Assembly: GCA_003693705.1 (NCBI GenBank)
Contig: RBZT01000809.1
Coordinates: 1 to 64,000, forward strand
DNA from: Polymyxa betae A26-41
Lineage: Eukaryota > Protista > Endomyxa: Phytomyxea
Length of the DNA stretch: 64,000 nt
Reading direction: 5' to 3'
The notes under the pieces were generated by a model. That model was given only the letters and a program-made list of their open reading frames with translations, searched no databases and was not told the origin of the DNA. Both the position numbers and the translations under genes were made by a program. Positions 53,459 to 64,000 of this stretch are shown here, piece by piece; the stretch's first letter is position 1, and each line of letters begins with the position of its first letter.

Positions 53459-56366
53459 ATGGAGGTCGATAAGGAGAACTGGCTTCCGATGCCGACGAAA
53501 AAACAACAACTGGCTAGGCGCCGGTCCACTGGAATTATGAAAGGTGGCGACAGCACGGGAACCTTGATCTCACCGAAAGCTAAGAAGCGATCGCGGCTGG
53601 AATTGATGAAGTATATGATTATGATGTTATATTTAATGGCTGCTGATATTTCTGCAGCAAACGTGTAAGTTTTGGTGTCGTTGACGTCCGCTTGTACGAA
53701 AAAGATACCGATTGGACAGCGAGCCCAGCAAAGAAGAAAGCATCAAGATCGGTTGATGTAGGGTCGGTGCCATTCAATGACCATAACAGCCCGGTCGTTG
53801 CTGCTCCCGTCCCCGATAAATCAATGCTTCAGTCTCTCGTTGATGACGACGATGATGACGAAGAACAGACCATGGAAATGACCGTCAATCATGGCAGGAT
53901 CATATCCGAGACATTAAGCGGAAAATCCAATCTTTCCACACTAGTTGACGACGATGAATCAGAAGTATGTGCTTTGTAGTCATCGTTCCTATCTTTGAAA
54001 CATGTTTTTGCAGTGTCCGGGGTCGCCATTGACTATGGACCTTACTGTTAATTACAGCAAAATCATGCAGAATAATCAGGATGAGAATGATACCATGGAT
54101 ATGACCGTTAACCATAGCAAAATTGTCTCTCCAGAGCCTGTTATAATCAATGTGATAACATCGCCCAAATCGGATGAGTCTTCGCAGAACTTTACAACCA
54201 TTTCCAAGTCGCCTGATACTCCGAAAGATAGACCAACTCTGCGATTGTTGACATCGCCGCCCTCGGAAGAAGGAATTAGTTTCTCTATTTCGACACCTCC
54301 AGAGGCTTTAAAACCAGCTTATTCTGAGCTCGATCAATTTGAGCTTTTATCGCCAGCACGTCGATTCATTGATCATGACCAGACCACTGATTTGACGCGA
54401 AATATTCAGCATCATATTGGCACGATTGTCGCCGGTGGAGATGACGGCGATAAGACCGTTGATTTGACTCGATTGGCATCCCAGATGACAGAGCACGAGG
54501 CGAAGGTCGCCATGGAGTTTAAGCGTATTCTTAATAGCGAAGGAGATGGAGATGTGACGGCTAACATCACTGTTCACCTCGATAATGTGGATGATTTCCT
54601 ATCTAACATTCGTAGTCCAGAAATCTCTGTATTGCCCATATTATTCCATATATGCTATATTGATGGCTTTATAGAAGGACGCTCCGAAAGAACTGGCGAA
54701 AGCGGAACCGTCACCTATTCGTCTTCCAATGATTAACTCTCTAGAAGCGTTTCTTTCTTATGTACAGGTTCGGTTTATGGACAGCAACAGTTCCAGTCGT
54801 AAGACTCTGTCGATTGGCTATGCTCCAAGCGGAGAGACACTTTCTGAGAAGGAGCGCTTGCAGTTTGCGTGTATCCAGCTTCCAAATTTACAGAATATCA
54901 AGCAAAGGTTTGAGACGAACTCGTTTTTTTTTTCATTATCTTAGTGTGTTGTAGCACGGCCCAGACTGAGAGCATGTGCAACAAACTTTCGTCAGAAATC
55001 AAAGAAATGGAAGACTGGCTTAATTCTCAAGCTCCTCAGATATTCACAAAATTCCTTCAAGTTTGTTGCGAAGCTGTTTCATGCAAGGATGCTAACTGGT
55101 CTTTTTATAGATGGGGGATCAGCGGCTCTTTGAGGTTATGCAACGCTTACGGCAGGCTTGCAAGCTACAGAGCAAAATTAAATGGTGTGAGCACCGTCAA
55201 CGCCTAGAGGAGTCTCTGCTTGCTCCTCTTAATGACTGTGTTCGTCAGCTGACTTTCGATAAGAAGACGATTTCAGAGACAGATACCCAGGTTGGTGTCT
55301 TCTCCCTCTAACTATAATTATACTCCCCTTATTGCTTTTCTCATGTTTTAAGTTCTCTTTCTTCTAACCCTTGGCTAATTGATATACTTGCACAGATCAA
55401 ACAGTTGATGCTCGAGCAGAAGACGCACGATGACAAGCTGAGTATCCTCAGAACAGCGATTGAGGATCAAGCCAACAACATCGATGAGTTGAATAACGAT
55501 TTTGACTATTTACGGAAAACAAAGACCTCGTTGGCACTGAACCTACAGCATTTGGAGCTGGCTGTCAAGAAGCAGGAGTCGCTCGCCAGTAAAAAGGAAT
55601 CCTGGCTTCGGGATGAGGTATCTATGACATCGTTTAAGTTACTAGCCTTATGAATGGAATTTAGGTGTCCCTTGTAGCTAGGTCACGCGAGCTTTATTTC
55701 TTGCAGGCATGCTTCGATTGGAAAATGACGAAATGCTCGGAAAGCGATCTTACTCTGTCGTTCGGTTCTCTCTGTTTTCTAGTTTTTCAGATTTCTGGTA
55801 ACGGGACCGGGAGCATTCTTTCTGCCAAGTTCGTTCGGCAGAAGTCAGGATCGGACATCTGGTCGGCTTTAGTCAAAGCCAATGAACCATATATCAACGC
55901 GATCTTGCAGCAGGCTGGAAGTGTTGCTCAGCTCCCACCTCTTCTTAATAAGGTATGTTCATTGCATCCTTCAACGTGAAAACTGACACTGCATAGTTGT
56001 CATCGAGGCTTGGACGAATGCGTAGTCTGGAAATGGAGATACAAAGAATAATGACAAGTTATACAATTCTGGTGGAACCCAGTCCAAATGATTTCCTTCT
56101 TAATATCACTATCTGCTCATCATCGCCTATGTCTTCAGTGACATTTACGGTAAGGTGATCTCCAGTTTTTTAAATGCATGCGCTAAAATAGAATACAGGT
56201 TAGGATAGACGTGGGGTTGTTTGCCACAAAGCCCGTTTCATTAGTAGAAATTCGCCTTTTGCTTGGTCCAGAGAAGTTTGAGGAAAATATCCGGGAAATC
56301 ATTGAATCAACATGCGGATTCGGATCCTTGACGAAAATCTGTTCAGCCATTCTCGCGAAATTATAG
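53459..56366 (+). CDS. KNL1: Kinetochore scaffold KNL1/Spc105/Spc7, multi-exon
   Basis: GIMK (SILK-like), and KRVSF after the 53611-53657 intron. MELT-like MEMT/MDLT/MDMT repeats, then LEAFLSYVQVRFMD, a coiled coil and an RWD-like C-terminus. Confidence 0.82.
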
Positions 56367-56399
56367 ATCAAGTCTTTCCTCGATAATGGTGGGTTTCGT

Positions 56400-56964
56400 T
56401 TATAAAAATTCGTGCCGGGAATATTCGTGCAACGATTTCTCATCAAGACATTTTATGCCAAACTGTTTATCATTTTCAATAGCTGTAATCAGCTGCTCTA
56501 TAATAAATAGATAAGTATTTAAGTTGGTATCACAAAGACGGCGACATGTACCATATGTAATCTTTAACATTGGGCGGAGGAAGGCACAGATGATTAGTCT
56601 AATTTCATCCCCATAAAAGTCTTGTTCGAATTTCTCACATAAATGAGCTTCCTATTAAGTGTGAATACTAACTTAACGTGCCAGCAGTTCCTCTTACAAT
56701 AGATACAGAATCGTTTCCAAAAACGGGGTTATTTCCCACACTAATAACAGCTTTATAAGTCTTTTTGGGATGGGAAGAAATAGACGCCCAGCCTGCATAA
56801 ACGCCTTGAGGGACATGTTCAGTAACTGGAAAAAGGTTTGCAGTTGGAAACCCAAGCTGTCGTCCTCTTTTATATCCTTCAACGACCTGGCCTTTGAGCA
56901 GCAAGACGGGCGAGCAGGTCTCGCATCTTCTCTCGATTAAATCGGACATAGGTTGGCTCGACAT
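56400..56964 (-). CDS. RFK: Riboflavin kinase
   Basis: GQVVEGYKRGRQLGFPTAN, GVYAGW, SVGNNP, EAH, LITAIEND. Confidence 0.93.
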
Positions 56965-57445
56965 CGGGAAAACAACCGCTAAACTTCCAGAATGCAGCTC
57001 TCGACGGAATGCAGTTTTGTGAGGTTGCTGATATTTTCGTACTTTTTTGTAAAATCTGCATTGCTTCCGCTTACGCGATCGCTAAACGAGATATTTATTT
57101 TCAAATGACGTAGCAAAAATGACTTTCAAGGCGTGGTTGACTTGGCATCAGCAAACTCAATTGATGCCTGACAGTGAGCGTTGAATCAGAGAGGAGTTTA
57201 AGGATGCCGAATCGCAAACGATGAGTCCAAGGATTGGAACCTGATGACTACGTAGATCTATAGTACGGGGCCCGCTATGTAATTCTCGAGCTTCTGTCGT
57301 GTTTGGGTTCTCGGACTGCGCGGATCCTAACTTTCATTTTCAAATCGCATTCCACACATAGCGGGACCTGTCCCTTCGCTTGCTGTTTGCCCGACCTGTA
57401 AGGTATGCACGGTTGTTGCTGTTTACAACTTTGTTCTGTTTGGAT

Positions 57446-57527
57446 GGCTGTGATGATATCTGTTCTGTTTATCTCTGGACCTCTGATGTTTAATGAAGAG
57501 AGTCAGAATTTCCTCTTTTTCTGAGCC
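57446..57527 (+). ncRNA. Box C/D snoRNA 1 (intronic)
   Basis: Box C GTGATGA 57450-57456, D' CTGA 57483-57486, C' ATGAAGA 57493-57499, D CTGA 57521-57524, terminal GGC/GCC stem. The D' guide TCTGGACCT is antisense to the conserved SSU rRNA sequence AGGTCCAGA. Confidence 0.75.
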
Positions 57528-57661
57528 CTCATCTTTATATGTTTAATCAAAGTATTCCTATCCAATGCTTATTGCTGTTTTTGTAGGGCCAGTTTGATAA
57601 AAAGTGAATAATCTTGCAATCAGCAATGTTATGTTACTGATAGCACGATTAAGACGGTCAA

Positions 57662-57754
57662 CGTCGATGATGAATAGGATATTTTGCACGTCAGTCTGAT
57701 ACGGCTTTATAAGCCTGATATGCTGAGTAAATATATCGTTCCTAATCTGAGACG
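57662..57754 (+). ncRNA. Box C/D snoRNA 2 (snR72-like, intronic)
   Basis: Terminal stem CGTC/GACG, box C ATGATGA 57667-57673, D' CTGA 57696-57699, C' ATGCTGA 57720-57726, D CTGA 57747-57750. The D' guide TTTGCACGTCAG is antisense to LSU CTGACGTGCAAA. Confidence 0.85.
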
Positions 57755-57790
57755 CTAACTATTCTGTTTAATAAACGAATGTAGTTTTAG

Positions 57791-58464
57791 TTATGCAAGT
57801 TCCGTTTCGTTATCATGTAGACTTGTAAACTGATGCCCTGCTTCTCCCCAGAGCCTCTTGGTTTCACTCGATATTCCAGCTTTATTGGCGGCATCACGAT
57901 TCGCTTTCAGTGAAAGGTATGCCGTCCATGGAATTGACACGATATTCACAACCAACAACTGGAATCGTGTTGGGACCAAAGCAAAGTTAAACAACTGAAC
58001 AAATGGCCAGAGCATCCAATTCGCTTTCATCGTGGCATGGATGCGCTCCTTAACATCATCTATTCCATCACGTAATGTTCTTCCTTGCATCAACGCCAAA
58101 ACAATATACATCAGCGATAAAATGCAAGGCGCCCATAAAGTCTGATCCAATAACACTTTCATGAAAGTCCATCCAAACGACTCGCCTGGAAACAGATAGC
58201 CTAATGAACCATACCTGAAACATAATCATCACAAGATACTGAATAGCCTGCTAAGACACAGTACCAACAAGTAGCAAGCGGCGCCAAGACCAGCCCGCCA
58301 AACGAAACCTGCCGCATCGTCCGATGCCAGTCGAATGGAACTTTGCATCGACTCTCAGAGGTTTGGGCAACGATGTCGCCTACTGCCCATAATGCTGCTG
58401 TGGACGCAATAGCAACGGCAAAATCATAGGATGAGCCTATGAAAGATGCCTCAGGGTCTGACAT
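57791..58464 (-). CDS. Mpv17/PMP22 family membrane protein
   Basis: GDIVAQ, FDWHRT, KVLLDQTLWAP, NWMLWPFVQLFNFALVP. 5' end uncertain. Confidence 0.88.
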
Positions 58465-58617
58465 TGTTGAACTGCACGAGAAATGACCATAGAGACTGTC
58501 AACAAGTCTCTTCCTGTAACTGCTGCAGTGTACATTTCAAGAGCGCAGCCATCCTATCTACCTATTGAGGAATGCCTCATTAAAAGAGATTTGGATTGCG
58601 GATTGTAGTAGATAAAA

Positions 58618-61600
58618 TCAAAACTGGCTTGAGACACTCCTTATACTTGTTGATGATTGGTACATTTGATCGAAATCGCTGATGCCAGGATCAGCTTTGT
58701 TTCGTGTTAGCTGGTCCAACGCGCCGTAAACGAAACTGATTTCGTTATTGGATTGGGCGATCTGGCAGAGCACCTTTCGGACTGCAATTATTGATATTAT
58801 TGTGATAGCGGAAGCTGGAAACCCTCTGTTTACAATTTAGCAACGTAGGCATTCAGCGATACAATATTTTTGAGCACCTCTTTTCAAGCACTTCTAGTAA
58901 TGGTTCGAGCAGCTGGTCCGAATCGAGCGATGGAATAAATATAATGACATGGCAAATACCAGACCTACAACCCGATATAAGGAACCATAGCAATAACTGA
59001 TATATCAACCTGGAGCCATCGGGAACATCGTCAATGTCAATAACGATCGTTGCTTTGAGAACGCCATCTGGCTGCTTCTTGTATTCTTCCCTAAACTGTA
59101 CCAGTCCGACAAATATTCGTCCAGAGGCGTTGAATGGAGCCAAACCATGTTCTAAGCAGTGATGACCTGGGCAATAAAAGTAAGCAGACACGGATAACAC
59201 AAACATAAGATTTCACCATTCTGACTTAAAGATACAGCAACAATGGCTCGTTCCAAACGATACGATGTGAAAGGAAATCCGCCTTTCGTGTTAAGAGTGC
59301 AGTTTTGGACAGGAAATAGATTCAACGCTAAATCATTATAAACTGAACTGCAACCACCATACATAAACGTTGTCGATACCTGAAGAGATGAGCAGCGAGC
59401 AAACTCTTTGCGAGCATGCAGTGTACTGTTGGGCAGTGGCATTGGAATCTCGAAGGCCACCAAAGAGTAAGCGAAGTTCGGTGACATCACTAAGCCCGAC
59501 TAGATCGAATCAGAAGAAGTTACATAACTAGAAGATAGTGTTTCTCATACAGGCTTTTTCTGGAAGGACACAAGTGCCAACAGGAGTGCTTGACAAAGAG
59601 CTTGAAACCGTTTGGGCATCGGTAACAGATTCCGAATCTGAAAATCTTAATAAACAGTAATGGAGAAATCGAAATAATAACCTGCTGCTGATAATTGATC
59701 TTTCTATGAGCAGAATCAGACGTCTAACAATACGCTCGGTTTCATACTGACATTAAGCATATTGTTGTTGCCGGCAATCCTATTTCTAACGGCAGAAAAG
59801 AAGCTTCGTTTGAAAGGGACTTTTACTTCAATATCTGAAGTATCCGGCATCGCATTAAGGCAATCAATACATCGCGATTTCTTGTGATCAACGAGTTCGT
59901 TTTCCCCCAAAGTTGACACAACCAAATCGTGACATGCTGTGGCATATTACTAACCAGTTGCATCATTGAATGTAAGCAATACGTACCGGAATAGCCACCT
60001 TGGCATGAAGATACGTATTTGAACCCTTTTTTGATGAATTCGATTTGCAGGTGATTGAATTGCTGCCTGGACCGCGTGTCATGAGAATCAAGAAGAAAGA
60101 CGAAATGCGATCCCGTCATTGATGAAAGGATCTCAATTCTCTTCTGCAGTTGCTCAGGCTCCAGATACTGACAAAAATCATTATCTACATCATGAGAGAA
60201 ACTGAGCATGTTACGAGAGAGGGATCCAAATGGTACGTAAAAGGAAGATGCCCCGAACTGTAATGATGCTGAGGCCTGCAGTCAATGACGAAAAACTTCA
60301 GCGGTTGAGTTTTTGGACTTAGTGGGTTCGATTGAAAGCTTTTCGATTTAGAGGGTGGGGGATAACAATAAGCGATTATTTCCTGGGGAGAAATGCAGAG
60401 GCATTCAAGAGACAGGATGCGTTCATACAGAGACGACTGTACAGCATTCAAACCAATTGAATTCAAGAGCAAAGAAAATTACATCAACGGTGATATTTTT
60501 CGAAACCACTGTTTTGAAGAACGTAATAAAAGATGCAGGAGTCTGTAAGGAAAATTAGAGAGCATAAACAGATGGTGAGTGATGAATACATTAGACAATA
60601 AATTGTTGGCAAAAGAGAACAGTTGATCGACAAGCCCCACGGATTCAATGTTCAACTGAGTTAATCGCTCTGGGAGAACAACAGGGCTTTGTTTCCGGAG
60701 AGAATCAGAATTGGATATCAGCAGTGCGACGGCAAAAAAGTAAAGAATTAAGGGCTCCTCGTGAAATCTGGAATGGTGTTATTACGTAGTAAAATAACGC
60801 AGAGACTTTACATTAGGTGATCCCAAATCCTTAACAACGGCGGAAACGCCACACGATTGGCAAAAATCGTCATGAACCAAGGGGATGCATAAAGCTCTGG
60901 AGTCATGTCGTTCTCATCAAGGCAATTAGCTAACTGGGAAAATTATGTTTAGCAAGAACCTCAGCAACTAAACAATCCTCACCTCAGGGCAATGATACCT
61001 GACTAAAATTAGCGTATGTCAGAGCATAAACATTTTCATTACATTAGCAACGCTCTAAATACACGAAAGATGCACTGTAGCCCTCCAAACTGGTCATCGG
61101 TAAAGGTATTTGAGCAGAACCGTCGGACGAACGCAGATAAGCATAGATAAGCGTCCTTCGTTCTTGCAACACCGAAAACGTACACGAATGGAGCAGCGAT
61201 ATAATTGATTCCCTTTGGAATATAAGTGCAGCTAAATGATTTTTGTAGGAGAACGTACCTGTTTATAGTTAATTAAATGTCTTTTACAGAAAACTGTTAG
61301 TATAGTTTCAAGAGCATCACGAACGCCTTCGTCATCCCGGAAGAACTCAACATCGGGTCGCGTCCTTTGAATATCCATTCGAATGACACGTTGATTGAAT
61401 AGATCGAACTGACAATCCTTCAAATCTATCTGCAAATCCTCGTTTGCAGCTGTCAGCTTTCCCTCTAGAAGGACTGCCCACATAGCGGCTCGATTCGAAT
61501 CATTGATGGAGTTTACAGTGCAATACTTTCGTATCTTCGATAAATCTGGATTGAGTTTGGCAAGCTCCATATCTAAATCAAATCCTCCATAGCCATTCGA

Positions 61601-62009
61601 CAGATTTTTCTTTCTAAAAACAATTACACCACACATTTTCAATGCAGAATTAGCGTACGACTCTGAAAGGCGAAGATTATTAGAAGATCTGGAAAAGATG
61701 GCAGGCTTCGGAATATCATCGTTTAACGAACGAGCCCGTTGAACCGGGTCTTTAAATTTCCCAGCAAGATCTGCTTGCTGAACGACATTAACCAGTCTAA
61801 TCCAGGAATTATGACGAATGTTGAAAACAACTCCATTCTGTGTGGTTTCCACAGCGCTCTCCATCAACAATTCGCGATATCTAGCTTTTTTCAATGGGCG
61901 TTCTCAAAGCGTGAAATGTCAAGTACCCAGGAATGTGCTGCCGAGCAGCAACACGCTGCTCGATCTGCTCAAACGTGAACGTACGTCGATAATCATCATC
62001 GTTTGGCAT
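58618..62009 (-). CDS. TBC1D23: TBC + rhodanese protein (TBC1D23-like), multi-exon, ends uncertain
   Basis: RVIRMDIQRTRP, YKQ|G, LM|YHCPE, YASPWFMTIFA, and rhodanese-like FFVIDCRPQHHYSSGHLP. The 58.6-59.5 kb exons may belong to this gene or to a separate one. Confidence 0.75.
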
Positions 62010-62829
62010 TATAGCTGCTATACAGTACCCATCAGTACGATGAATGAAAGAGGATTCGAAGAAAATCGCAGAGCCGCAGGGGTAACTCTGAACGAGGCGC
62101 AGCCCCATCTCATACACAATAAAAATATCGCGGGCTGCTTCCTTTCTACGTTCCTGACCCTTTGCTCTCGATACCGATTGCTCAACTGGCGATTATCGGT
62201 AGTCAACTTGGTGATCTTATTCTGCCTGTTTGCGTTTTGATGATAAATCGGATCCATATTAAATTGTTATTTTATGAAATTGTTAGATCCAAGTAGTGCT
62301 CGATCTTATATCGTTACAAGCAAATTTGTTTTAAAATATATTGACAGGTTGGCGCGTTTATTTATCTAGCCTGTTTGATCATCAGTCGTCTGATGGATCC
62401 ATGGATGTGATAGTCAAGTTCCCCGCCAGTCATCCTGATCTCTTTCAGACCCTTGCCTTCGCTCAGAAGACCTTGATTTGGCGACAACAGCGCCGCTCAG
62501 CGGACTGGGTTCCATCCAGTTCCCATCACAAAAAGATGGGCGCGCTAACTCCTGCAAGGACCATGAGAATCTGAAGGCTTCGACGTCTCTTTAGTACGAT
62601 TGTGAACGACGACATACAGGCAACATCTGAGGGTTGCTGCTTCTATAGGGACTACACTACAGCACAGGACAAGCGTTACCCGTATGGATCGTGTGATAAC
62701 CGCCATCAGGATTACCAAGCAGTTACAGAGTGACTGTAACTCGATAAGGTAGCTATGAGGCAGCAAGGACAGTTCTGTCTGGGCCCAGGAGGATTCGTCT
62801 TCGTTCACCATACTCCATAATCGCACCAT

Positions 62830-64000
62830 ATGAGCGCCTCCGTCGTCCAGAATATAAAACTGGAAAACGCTGGTTTTAGACGGCACCAGAGCCGTGCTGC
62901 AAATGCAAAGATACGGTTGAATCGAAATCTGGAGATATTGGACGGCATCGCCGTATGTGGAGGACACGTCAATGAACAAATTGCCCAAACAAAACAATGT
63001 ATTGCGTCGATCGAGTCACTAGAAGACACTGATCTGACGAAGATGTCTCCCGAGGAGCTCATAATTTTTCAAGAGAAAATCGAGTCTACGTTCGATCAAG
63101 CCTTCAATCAGTTTGCATTTCTGCATGATTGGCACGAAAGATTATTGAGCGAGGAGCTTGACAAGCGTTTAGGCCCTGTATTGAACGAATATGCTACTTC
63201 GAAAGCACTATTCGAGCAACTTGGCCGTATACAATCGGCCCGTGCTATGCTGCTGAACAAAGCACTGGAAGAATCTCAGCTACCGGTCAAACCGGATGAG
63301 GTTTGGCAAGTTTTCTTTAATTCGAAAATGAATTCGGTCACCGTTGAAGAACTGGAAGAGACTCTTCGGATTCGGGTCCGAGATGCGCTTCGTCCAGAGC
63401 TTGACTTGAAGACAGCTCTTGCGAATTTGGAGGAGCTTTCGTTGCGCACACGTTCCTGCATTCAAACCGAAACGGCTCAGCTTCATGAAGAGATGAGGAA
63501 CAGTGAAGCGTTAAGGTTGAAGCTGGAATCCATAATGTCAACGTTCGTCACCAACACGTGGCCTATGGAAAAAAATGCATCTTTCCAATCAAATCCCGGT
63601 TCTGCTTTTAAACCAACTTCCGAAGGATTGTCAGCTTTTCACGACAGCCGCGGAGCGAAACGTCCTCGTGTCGCTTCTGAAGCATCATCAGATGAAGATG
63701 TACAGGATCGGTTAAACACGACGCAAACATCCATCCAGTCGGTTCCATTCGAAGGCGAACGCAACGACAGCCCGATAATTGTGCCTCATATGCAATATGC
63801 TCCGATCCAAGAGACACCTATTATATATCGAGGTGACTACTATGTGTCAGCACCAGTCACTAAAGACTTCACAACGATTACAAATCTTGAGTCAAACGCT
63901 CGTGTTCACATCACATCTTGTTCCTGCATCTTTGAAGAGGGCGGCAATAATATATCTTTCCAGTGGATGTATTTCGTGTACAGGTCGCCATACTATCGGG
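62830..64000 (+). CDS. Long intronless hypothetical helical/coiled-coil protein, truncated by the window end
   Basis: ATG at 62830 opens a frame with no stop through 64000 (~390 codons). It is absent from the ORF track because it has no stop in the window. Confidence 0.7.
   Translation, partial: MSASVVQNIKLENAGFRRHQSRAANAKIRLNRNLEILDGIAVCGGHVNEQIAQTKQCIASIESLEDTDLTKMSPEELIIFQEKIESTFDQAFNQFAFLHDWHERLLSEELDKRLGPVLNEYATSKALFEQLGRIQSARAMLLNKALEESQLPVKPDEVWQVFFNSKMNSVTVEELEETLRIRVRDALRPELDLKTALANLEELSLRTRSCIQTETAQLHEEMRNSEALRLKLESIMSTFVTNTWPMEKNASFQSNPGSAFKPTSEGLSAFHDSRGAKRPRVASEASSDEDVQDRLNTTQTSIQSVPFEGERNDSPIIVPHMQYAPIQETPIIYRGDYYVSAPVTKDFTTITNLESNARVHITSCSCIFEEGGNNISFQWMYFVYRSPYYR

Larger units (their letters stand above)
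57100..57790 (+). ncRNA. Putative non-coding snoRNA host gene (boundaries approximate)
   Basis: Introns ~57398/57403-57587 and 57604-~57784 (branch GCTAAC) each contain one snoRNA. The middle exon is 16 nt and there is no substantial ORF. Confidence 0.6.

Noticed and set aside
57241-57270. CTGATGA as a possible hammerhead ribozyme core
   Set aside because: No GAAA after a stem II and no compatible stems I/III.
57258-57280. ACGGGGC resembling RNase MRP CR-V
   Set aside because: No matching GAAAGTCCCC CR-I partner upstream.

Overview
Gene-dense eukaryotic nuclear DNA with many short GT-AG introns (typically 40-60 nt) and very short intergenic spacers. The gene content, including a Rheb fused to four TM helices, suggests a SAR protist, plausibly a plasmodiophorid rhizarian; this is inference only. 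The first ~4.2 kb is a transposon nest: the 3' end of a Ty3/Gypsy element (integrase, PPT, LTR) followed by a PIF/Harbinger-type transposase with a mutated first catalytic Asp. The rest holds about 30 mostly housekeeping genes: CTF4, an F-box/RCC1-like protein, mitochondrial-type IleRS, RPS2, an AP endonuclease, POP5, Rheb-TM, TM9SF, ATG16-like, a triple lipase-3 protein, TXNDC9, citrate carrier, PA2G4, MCMDC2-like, ADA1, API5, HSP20, GPN2, VTI1, VPS34, ZFAND1, METTL21-like, KNL1, riboflavin kinase, Mpv17-like and TBC1D23-like. The most notable items the ORF track does not show are: (1) a non-coding spliced host gene at ~57.1-57.8 kb carrying two intronic box C/D snoRNAs, one a snR72-like LSU guide with a possible second guide against U6; (2) the Rheb-tetraspanin-like fusion; (3) a lipase with two dead domains and one live domain; (4) a Walker-less meiotic MCM; (5) an intronless GNAT-like orphan ORF; (6) a head-to-head APE/POP5 pair with start codons only 42 nt apart. 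Exon boundaries were read by eye and gene ends are approximate where stated.
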